DNA from: Bacteroidota bacterium
Lineage (GTDB): Bacteria > Bacteroidota > Ignavibacteria > UBA10030
Length of the DNA: 64,000 bases
Reading direction: 5' to 3'
Assembly: GCA_050008835.1 (NCBI GenBank)
Contig: JBEKLV010000001.1
Span: forward strand, 5,382-69,381
A program made the translations under genes and the position numbers. A model generated the notes under the pieces. It saw nothing but the letters and a program-made list of their open reading frames with translations. It was not told where the DNA came from and ran no database searches. This document shows, piece by piece, positions 10,140 through 17,875 of this stretch; position 1 is the first letter of the stretch, and each line of letters starts with the position of its first letter.

Positions 10140-11150
10140 TTAATACCCTGTTACTAATTTTACTGCCGCTTCCAGAACTTGTTTCACGGTTATCTGTTCC
10201 ATGCAATCATTTCCCTGGCACTTGCCGCCTTTGCAGCGTGGACATTGCATTGGGTCGGGAACAAATATTGCTTTTTTGTTAGTCAGCGGACCCCAGCGCT
10301 TCGGACTCATCACGTGTATTGGTGCAAAAAATCCCACAACCGGAGTTCCAACTGCCGCCGCAATATGCAACGGACCAGTAGAGTTCGCCACAAACAACCT
10401 TGCCGTTTGAATGAAGGCTGCAAACTCTCTTAAACTCAGATTACTCACGAAAGACTTCACCCCTTCTCCAGCGTTCTGAGTTACACTATGCACCAGTTCT
10501 ATTTCAGCTTTTCCACCAGTAATAACGACATAGAATCCTCGCTTCTTCAATTCATAAGCAAGCAGAGAAAAGTTTTCCGGTTTCCAATCGCGCGCCGAAC
10601 CGCCGCTGCCGGGGTGCAATAATATTAAAAGGTCAGCATCCAAAATTCCAATTGATTTACGAATGTCAGAAGCTTTTTTTCTTTCTTGTTCGGAGATTAC
10701 AATATTTGCTTCGGGTTTCGATGATATTGTACATCCCAAACCTTCTAATAGCGAAAGATTATATTCCGCTTCATGCTTTTCTACAGTTTTGCGATGCTCA
10801 AAGATTTTTTTATTGAATAAAAACGAATACCATCGGTAACCGGTTCCAATGCGGACCGGGATTCGTGCCAACCATAATAAAAGAGCTACTCGAAAACGTG
10901 GAAATGCGACCACAACCGCATCAAAACGTGCATGGCGAAGTTCCGCTAGCATCTCAAAAAATGGCTTCAGCGCCTCTTCTTTATTATAGTAAAGAACGTC
11001 TGCAATTCCTTCCGCCAAGCTCGCGGTATATGAATTCAACAGCATTGCAATGCGTGCATTCGGGAAATTTTGCTTCAGTGCTTCGATTGTAGGAAGCGTT
11101 AGTATCACATCTCCGATGCGGTCGGTCCGAACGACTAAAATATTCTGCAA
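10140..11150 (-). CDS. Glycosyltransferase family 9 (ADP-heptose:LPS heptosyltransferase-like)
   Basis: N-terminal RTDRIGDVILTLP, HPGSGGSARDWKPENF and C-terminal ANSTGPLHIAAAVGTPVVGFFAP, typical of WaaC/WaaF family. Confidence 0.8.
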   Translation of the reverse strand: MQNILVVRTDRIGDVILTLPTIEALKQNFPNARIAMLLNSYTASLAEGIADVLYYNKEEALKPFFEMLAELRHARFDAVVVAFPRFRVALLLWLARIPVRIGTGYRWYSFLFNKKIFEHRKTVEKHEAEYNLSLLEGLGCTISSKPEANIVISEQERKKASDIRKSIGILDADLLILLHPGSGGSARDWKPENFSLLAYELKKRGFYVVITGGKAEIELVHSVTQNAGEGVKSFVSNLSLREFAAFIQTARLFVANSTGPLHIAAAVGTPVVGFFAPIHVMSPKRWGPLTNKKAIFVPDPMQCPRCKGGKCQGNDCMEQITVKQVLEAAVKLVTGY

Positions 11151-11297
11151 GCGTTGTTATTTCACTCCACGAGCTGAAAAATCTTAAGCAATATAACGAG
11201 CGATGGTGGGAGATGCAAGGAAAGGGCGCTAAGAGCGTTGACTCTCCACTAATCCTTTCCGATATTTGAATTACTTATCTATAACAATCTGCATTTA

Positions 11298-11322
11298 TTC
11301 CGACAGCCAGTGGCTGTCGGAA
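11298..11322. promoter_or_regulatory. Perfect 11-bp inverted repeat with 3-nt loop (ttccgacagcc-agt-ggctgtcggaa) in a divergent promoter region
   Basis: Read directly; lies between the minus-strand GT9 start (11150) and the plus-strand carbamoyl-phosphate operon start (11394); no flanking T-run, so more likely an operator than a terminator. Confidence 0.4.
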
Positions 11323-11393
11323 CTGCCCAGCTGTTCACACCGACATGAACGGCGGCAGCATTCGTTTAACACAAAAAAAACATAGGTGTCATT

Positions 11394-12725
11394 ATGAGAC
11401 GTACCAAAGTGATCATTATGGGCGCTGCGGGTCGGGATTTCCATAACTTCAACACCGTTTTCCGCAAAGACGATCGCTATGAAGTCGTCGCTTTTACCGC
11501 AACACAAATTCCTAACATCGAAGAACGGAAATATCCTGCTGAACTTGCAGGTGCGCTTTATCCCAACGGTATTCCAATCTTTCCGGAATCGGAATTGCCG
11601 CGCCTCATTAAAGAGTTAAATGCCGATGAAGTTATCTTCGCATATTCGGATGTGTCATTCAATTATGTGATGAGTAAAGCAGCTCTTGTAATGGCGGCTG
11701 GAGCTGATTTCAAGTTACAGGGCGCTCGACCTACAATGTTGAAGAGCAAAGTTCCTGTCATTGCTGTGGTTGCTGTACGCACGGGCGCAGGAAAAAGTCA
11801 AACCTCACGCAAGGTGTGCGAATTGCTTCGCGCAGCCGGAAAGAAAGTCGTTGCCATCCGTCATCCGATGCCATATGGCGATTTAGTAAAGCAAAAAGTG
11901 CAACGATATTCTTCCATCGAAGACTTAAAGAAGTACGAATGCACAGTCGAAGAAATGGAGGAATACGAACCACATATAGTCAAAGGAACGATTATTTATG
12001 CCGGCGTTGATTACGAAGCGATTCTCCGCGAAGCTGAAAAAGAAGCCGATGTTATTGTGTGGGATGGTGGAAACAATGATATGTCGTTCTATCAACCAGA
12101 TCTTACCATTGTCGTCGCCGATCCGCATCGAGCCGGGCACGAAATATCTTATTACCCCGGAGCGGTCAACATTCATCTCGCTGACGTTGTCATTATCAAT
12201 AAAATAGATACATCATCCCGAATAAATATTGATATTGTTAGGAAAAACATCGTCAGCGTTAATCCGAAAGCAATAATAATCGAAGCGGCATCGCCAATAA
12301 GCGTGGAAGACGAATCCGTCATTCGGAATAAGCGCGTTCTTGTAGTGGAAGATGGCCCGACACTGACGCACGGTGAAATGACATACGGCGCCGGCCACGT
12401 TGCCGCTCGGAAGTACGGCGCAAAAGAAATTATCGATCCGCGTCCGTGGGTAGTAAATTCTATAGCTGAAACTTTTAAAAAATATCCACATATTGGAACG
12501 TTGCTGCCGGCAATGGGATACGGCGGAAAACAGATCAAAGATCTGGAAACGACAATAAACAAAGTCGAATGTGATTCCGTCATCATCGGTACACCGATTG
12601 ACCTACGACGCATCATCAAGATCAAAAAACCAAGTACTCGTATTTATTACGAGCTAGAAGAAATCGCAAAACCGAACTTGAAAGAGATTTTAACTTACTT
12701 CTTAAAGAAACACGGGTTGAACTAA
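11394..12725 (+). CDS. P-loop NTPase, cyclic 2,3-diphosphoglycerate synthetase-like protein (function uncertain)
   Basis: 443 aa with Walker A VRTGAGKSQTS; good RBS (aggtg) upstream; first gene of the OTC/CK/ATCase operon; the family assignment is from memory and is low-confidence. Confidence 0.35.
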   Translation: MRRTKVIIMGAAGRDFHNFNTVFRKDDRYEVVAFTATQIPNIEERKYPAELAGALYPNGIPIFPESELPRLIKELNADEVIFAYSDVSFNYVMSKAALVMAAGADFKLQGARPTMLKSKVPVIAVVAVRTGAGKSQTSRKVCELLRAAGKKVVAIRHPMPYGDLVKQKVQRYSSIEDLKKYECTVEEMEEYEPHIVKGTIIYAGVDYEAILREAEKEADVIVWDGGNNDMSFYQPDLTIVVADPHRAGHEISYYPGAVNIHLADVVIINKIDTSSRINIDIVRKNIVSVNPKAIIIEAASPISVEDESVIRNKRVLVVEDGPTLTHGEMTYGAGHVAARKYGAKEIIDPRPWVVNSIAETFKKYPHIGTLLPAMGYGGKQIKDLETTINKVECDSVIIGTPIDLRRIIKIKKPSTRIYYELEEIAKPNLKEILTYFLKKHGLN

Positions 12726-12787
12726 TGTTTTCTGTAAGGACGCAGCATGCTGTATTCCTACAATGGTATTAACAGGAGAACAAAATT

Positions 12788-13801
12788 ATGAAACGAGATT
12801 TTCTCACTATCGCTGATTGGTCTGGGAAAGAGTTGCTCCAAATCCTCGACCTTTCAAAAAAAATGAAAGCGAATCCAAAAAAGTTTGCTAAATCGTTGGA
12901 AGGCAAATCGGTTGCATTGATCTTTGAAAAGCAATCGCTTCGCACGCATGTCACGTTTGAAATCGGCATTAAACAACTAGGCGCAAATACCGTTTATCTT
13001 ACGAATGCAGATATTAGTCTTGGCAAACGCGAATCCATTTATGATGTTGCAAAGAATCTTGAGCGCTGGGTGGACGCGGTCGTCATTCGTACATACGCGC
13101 AGAAAAATGTTGATGCCCTTGCTAAGTTTGCCAAGGCGAGCATAATAAACGCGCTAACAGACTTCGAGCATCCTTGTCAAGCAGTTGGTGATTTCCTTAC
13201 CATTCAAGAACACCTCGGTTCTTTCAATGGAAAGAAATTTGCGTGGGTCGGCGATGGCAACAACGTATGTCATTCGCTTATGCTGTTGGCGGCGAAAGTT
13301 GGAATGAATTTTATTGCCGTCACTCCAGCCGGATTTCTGCCGGATACAAACGTCATAAAACTTGCTAAAGAAATTGCTGTATCGACTGGCGCAAAAATCG
13401 AACTCTCAACAAATCCAACTGAAGGCGCACATGATGCTGATGTCATATACACGGACGTATGGGTTAGTATGGGACAGGAAACTGATCGCGAAGCAAAGAT
13501 AAAAGCTTTTGCCGGATTCCAGGTTAACGCAGAATTGATGAAAAAGGCAAAACCAACTGCTGTTTTTATGCATTGCTTGCCGGCGCATCGCGGAGAAGAA
13601 GTGACAGATGAAGTGATGGACTCGCCGCAGTCTATTGTGTTCGATGAAGCAGAGAATCGGCTTCATACACAAAAGGCAATTATCTTCACGTTGTTGAAGG
13701 GACAGAGTCGTGAAAAACTCAATACTAGTAGCGGTCGGCGGAAACTCTCTCATTCGCGCGGGACAACGCGGAACAATCACCGAGCAGCGCGAAAACGCTA
13801 G
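12788..13801 (+). CDS. argF: Ornithine carbamoyltransferase (variant carbamoyl-phosphate motif; stop apparently lost, ~30-aa C-terminal read-through)
   Basis: [22 protein letters not shown] and [13 protein letters not shown] match OTC; the CP-binding STRTR is SLRTH here; the ORF runs about 30 codons past the usual OTC C-terminus into the carbamate kinase gene. Confidence 0.75.
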   Translation: MKRDFLTIADWSGKELLQILDLSKKMKANPKKFAKSLEGKSVALIFEKQSLRTHVTFEIGIKQLGANTVYLTNADISLGKRESIYDVAKNLERWVDAVVIRTYAQKNVDALAKFAKASIINALTDFEHPCQAVGDFLTIQEHLGSFNGKKFAWVGDGNNVCHSLMLLAAKVGMNFIAVTPAGFLPDTNVIKLAKEIAVSTGAKIELSTNPTEGAHDADVIYTDVWVSMGQETDREAKIKAFAGFQVNAELMKKAKPTAVFMHCLPAHRGEEVTDEVMDSPQSIVFDEAENRLHTQKAIIFTLLKGQSREKLNTSSGRRKLSHSRGTTRNNHRAARKR

Positions 13802-14275
13802 GATCACTGCTGAGGTTATTGCTGGAATTGTTGCACGCGGATTCACACTCGTTGTTACTCATGGAAATGGACCGTAGGTAGACGCTCAGTTGTTGCGCTC
13901 GGAAGCCGATTCTTCACAGACATACACGCTTCCGTTAGATATCTGCGTCGCAATGACGCAAGGCGAGATTGGTTTCGCGTTACAGAATTCCATGCAGATG
14001 GCTTTTCAAGAACATGGAATCAATCGCCCCGTAGTTACTATTGTAACACAAGTGGTTGTTGATAAGAACGATCTTGCATTCGAGCGTCCAACGAAACCAA
14101 TTGGCCCATTCTATTCCAAAGAAGCTGCTGAACAAAGACGAAAAGAGTTAGGATGGAGTATTATTGAAGATGCAGCTCGCGGTTATCGGCGAGTCGTTCC
14201 CTCTCCACTACCGATGGACATCGTCGAACTCGAAGTCATCAAAGGTTGTCTCGAACGCAACATCGTTATAGTTTT
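13710..14275 (+). pseudogene. arcC: Carbamate kinase, disrupted (in-frame TAG at 13875-13877 and truncated after about residue 190)
   Basis: GTG-initiated frame gives [19 protein letters not shown]...[15 protein letters not shown]...LPLDICVAMTQGEIGF...PTKPIGPFYS...RRVVPSPLPMDIVELEVIKGCLERNIVIV. TAG replaces the universally conserved Gln of HGNGPQVG; the frame then diverges and the C-terminal third (GGGGIPV...) is missing. Confidence 0.7.
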
Positions 14276-14295
14276 AAATTTAAGGATAACTATCT

Positions 14296-15211
14296 ATGAA
14301 ACTTCAACACATCATCGAATCCCAGCAATTTACACTTCCGATGCTGAATGAACTATTTAATCTTGCAGATCAAATGGGAAGCATTATCGGACGCGGAGGC
14401 ACTTTAGATTACCAGCATAAAATTATGGCATCGCTTTTTTATGAGCCATCAACTCGGACACGATTCTCATTTGAGTCAGCAATGCTGCGACTTGGCGGTA
14501 AAATCATGTCCACTGAGCACGCACAGGATTTTTCTCCTGTTTCATAGGGTGAATCGCTGGAAGACACCATTCGCGTGGTCGGTAATTACGCAGTGTGATC
14601 GTTTTACGTCACAATCAAATCGGCGTGTTAGACGGGCTGCGGCAATATCATCGACTCCGATTATTAATGCAGGTGACGGTAAAGGCGGTCAGCATCCGAC
14701 ACAAGCGCTACTTGATTTATATACTATTTACAAAGAAATCAAAACGATTAATGGGGTCAAAGTAGCTCTCGTTGGAAATTTATTAGATGGACGAACGGTT
14801 CGTTCGTTTGCTTACTTACTTGGAAAATACGAACGCGTAAAAATTTATTTCGTTGCCCCGCCAACACTTCAAATGAAACAAGACATTCTCGACTATTTGA
14901 ATCGCCAAAATGTTTGGTATACATTAGAGAGCGACTTCAAAAAAATATTGCCGGAAGGTGATGTCGTGTATATGACGCGCATCGAAGAACAAAAGCTCTC
15001 CGCAGCTTCAATAGAGGGACCATTCAAACGTTATTTCATTGACGAAGAGGTAATGAAACTCATGGGATCCAATTCAATTCTTATGCATCCACTGCCACGG
15101 CTCAATGAAATTTCACCTATTGTAGATACCGATTCTCGCGCGGTGTACTTCCGCCAAACCAAGAATGGCGTTTTAATACGAATGGCTCTGCTGGTTTCTG
15201 TGTTGGATTAA
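14296..15211 (+). pseudogene. pyrB: Aspartate carbamoyltransferase catalytic chain, disrupted (in-frame TAG at 14545-14547 plus two frameshifts around 14590 and 14625)
   Basis: [21 protein letters not shown], then IVLRH in a second frame, then PIINAGDGKGGQHPTQALLD...HPLPR...NGVLIRMALL in a third frame; TAG sits at the conserved Lys of the 80s loop. Confidence 0.7.
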
Positions 15212-15223
15212 GGATTGATGTAG

Positions 15224-17755
15224 TTATTTTCTGGCGTTGCTTTTTCCATTTTTACTTTTCACTACAACCATTGTCACATCATCATGCTGTTCGGCGGAAC
15301 CGCGAAACTTTTCTACTTTTGTTAGAATCGCGCGCTGGATACTTTCTGCGGATAGATGCCGCTTCACCTTCAATAAATCAATTATAGCTTCTTCACCTAA
15401 TTGTTGTTTTTCCTCGTTCATCGCCTCGGTAATGCCATCCGTATAGAAGAGAAAGAGACTATCCGGTTTGATTGGAATTCGTATTTCTTCTATCGCATCT
15501 TCGAATAATGGGCCGCGCTCTAATCCTAATCCAATACCGCCGCCTTCAAGAAATTCAATTTTCCCACTCACACTAAAAAGCGCTTTATTATGTCCAGCTC
15601 GGCAAATACGCACTTCTTTCTTCTTCAGATCGAATAGCGCAAGAATCATGGTGATGAATGACCTGCGATCCATGCCATCAAAAATGCGCCTATTAATGTT
15701 TGTAAGCATTTCTTTTGGAGTGCTGTAAATATGCGCTGCAAGCTGAACCATTCCCTGAACCTTCGACATATACAACGCAGCAGACATTCCTTTGCCAGAA
15801 ACATCTGCAACAACAGCAAGAATTTTATTTGGGCTCAATTGAATGAAGTCATAGTAGTCGCCGCCAACGCTTAACGCAGGTACCGACACACCTGCAATAT
15901 CAAGACCAGAAATCTTTGGATTCGTTTTGGGAAATAATCCTTGTTGAATTTTCCGTGCGAGATCCAACTCTTCTTTGACACGCTGCTGAACGATTTCCGA
16001 TTTATGCAGGCGTGAGTTTTCAATAGCAATGGCGGCTTGTCCCGCAACGGTCGCAAGCAAGTTAATATCCTCCTGCGAATAGACTTTGCCAGACATTTTC
16101 GGTCCAACATTGATAAATCCAACCAGATGATCCTGAAGAAACATAGGCACCGATAGCACTACACCGGAGCGGAGAAGTTTTTTCTTTTCTTCATCCTTCA
16201 AATCTGTGAGGTCGTACTCATCGCCAAGCAAATGAAGATCTACAGGTTTACGTGTCTCACGCAACAGTGCCATCAATGTATGATCGCCATCGGTGAACAT
16301 ACAATCTTCCTGATTTATATTTTGTGCAACTGCAGAACATCCTTCCTTCTCTCCACAGATAAAAACAGACAACTTATCGATGTGCATAGTAGAAGAGAGA
16401 CGCGAGACAATCGAGTTGAGGATATGTTCCATTTCCATTAAGCGTGGAAGCTCTTGCGTAAATTCCAACAATGCTTGTTGGTAATCGTACCGTTCATGGA
16501 AAAATATTCGGTCGATCCCGTTCTGAAAACGCTGTTTGACGGGATCAAAGATAAAAGCTACAACAATAAGCGATGCAACAATGAACAATTGATTATCCTG
16601 TACACCAAAAAAGTAATTTACAAGTGTGCCAATCCCATAGACAGATGCCAGATAAATAGCCGCCAGTGATGCTGTAACAGTTCCGTAAATCAAACTACGG
16701 CGAATAACAACATCTACATCCATTAATCGATGACGGAAGATGGCATACCCAAAGAACACCGGTACGACAAACAATAGCATCATCGGTAAGAGAATCGTAG
16801 GGTTAAGAAATGCGGCAAATGGAATAAATGTCTGTACCGCAAGTGCATAGGCAAATATAAGTAACCCGATTGCAACACCTATAAGCACTGGACGAAGCTG
16901 CATGCGCTGTCCTTTGGGGACAAACGCGAAGTAGCTTCGGATAAAGATAACAAACCCTGCAAAGAAAAACGCATAGCGAGAAAAAAAGAAGACGACCGTA
17001 AGCCATTGGGGTCCACGTATTATTAGGCCGTTCACTATAATTCCGACAATTAACAGAAGACTTACACTATACAATAAAACGGTGAACACGCGGCTCGAAT
17101 GCCATTTTCGTTTCACGGGGAAAAAGAGAAAAAAGCTAACAAGCGGTGGAAGTGCAACAATAGAAGTAAAAATGAATGTGATCTCTAGCAGTACAAGTCG
17201 CCAGGATGGATTGGTTTGAGGATCTAAAAAAAATGGCGAGAGACCGAAAAAGAGCATAGAATAGATACTGTAGCGAGCAAACATGCGCTGAATTTTTCCC
17301 ATTGGTTTGACGATCACCACAATATATCCAACTAACAAAAATCCCAGACCTAAGAGAAATTGACCAAAATATGCAAGATTAATATATTTGAGGATCAGAA
17401 TATGCGTATCGAACTGAACGCCATTTCGCTCTATCGAATATATTGCATGCGACCCGGCAAGTTTATTGATAATCCGTTGTGCATCCTCTGAAGTTTTAAA
17501 ATTGTTTCCATTTATTTTTACCAGAATATCACCGTCCTTGATTCCTGCCTGCTCCGTCACACCGCCCCCGACTATGTCTTTAATCAGAAGCTTTGACGTA
17601 TCTTGATCAACCCAACGGCATTGATCATTGCCAGTCACTCGCTCAAACATTTGAACAGAAAAATTGAGAAGACAAACACCAAGTACGACAATCGCTATCA
17701 GCGTATAGAGAGCTCTGATGGATCGTGCAGATAAATTAGAAAATGGATTTGTCAT
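15224..17755 (-). CDS. Membrane sensor protein: PDZ domain, polytopic membrane region, GAF domain and PP2C/SpoIIE-type Ser/Thr phosphatase
   Basis: N-terminal PDZ (GIKDGDILVKINGNNF), about 10 TM segments, GAF-like region ending in AIAIENSRLH, C-terminal SpoIIE/PP2C (DIAGVSVPALSVGGDYYDF, VADVSGKGMSAAL). Confidence 0.75.
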   Translation of the reverse strand: MTNPFSNLSARSIRALYTLIAIVVLGVCLLNFSVQMFERVTGNDQCRWVDQDTSKLLIKDIVGGGVTEQAGIKDGDILVKINGNNFKTSEDAQRIINKLAGSHAIYSIERNGVQFDTHILILKYINLAYFGQFLLGLGFLLVGYIVVIVKPMGKIQRMFARYSIYSMLFFGLSPFFLDPQTNPSWRLVLLEITFIFTSIVALPPLVSFFLFFPVKRKWHSSRVFTVLLYSVSLLLIVGIIVNGLIIRGPQWLTVVFFFSRYAFFFAGFVIFIRSYFAFVPKGQRMQLRPVLIGVAIGLLIFAYALAVQTFIPFAAFLNPTILLPMMLLFVVPVFFGYAIFRHRLMDVDVVIRRSLIYGTVTASLAAIYLASVYGIGTLVNYFFGVQDNQLFIVASLIVVAFIFDPVKQRFQNGIDRIFFHERYDYQQALLEFTQELPRLMEMEHILNSIVSRLSSTMHIDKLSVFICGEKEGCSAVAQNINQEDCMFTDGDHTLMALLRETRKPVDLHLLGDEYDLTDLKDEEKKKLLRSGVVLSVPMFLQDHLVGFINVGPKMSGKVYSQEDINLLATVAGQAAIAIENSRLHKSEIVQQRVKEELDLARKIQQGLFPKTNPKISGLDIAGVSVPALSVGGDYYDFIQLSPNKILAVVADVSGKGMSAALYMSKVQGMVQLAAHIYSTPKEMLTNINRRIFDGMDRRSFITMILALFDLKKKEVRICRAGHNKALFSVSGKIEFLEGGGIGLGLERGPLFEDAIEEIRIPIKPDSLFLFYTDGITEAMNEEKQQLGEEAIIDLLKVKRHLSAESIQRAILTKVEKFRGSAEQHDDVTMVVVKSKNGKSNARK

Positions 17756-17875
17756 CGTTGATCTCGAATAAAGTCTATCAATATTTACTATGTATAGATA
17801 CGGCAGATCGGAGCAACAAGTTACTCATGCTCCGACAAGAAACATAGAGTTAATTAAACATAACGTCCGATAATT

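Noticed and set aside
11230-11300. ArgR (ARG box) operator upstream of the OTC operon
   Set aside because: TGAAT half-sites are present (tttgaattacttatc) but the 18-bp TNTGAATWWWWATTCANW dyad is not matched.
11295-11507. 70-aa minus-strand ORF spanning the divergent promoter and the start of the P-loop gene
   Set aside because: It overlaps a well-supported CDS start and the palindromic operator region and has no features.
13875-14547. Possibility that TAG is a sense codon (stop-codon reassignment), which would explain the two in-frame TAGs
   Set aside because: TAG clearly terminates other genes here (23508-23510 and 31261-31263, both reading cta on the plus strand), and the long genes are not fragmented at TAG. 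The two TAGs sit at different amino acids (Gln versus Lys) and co-occur with frameshifts. Pseudogenisation or sequence error is more parsimonious.
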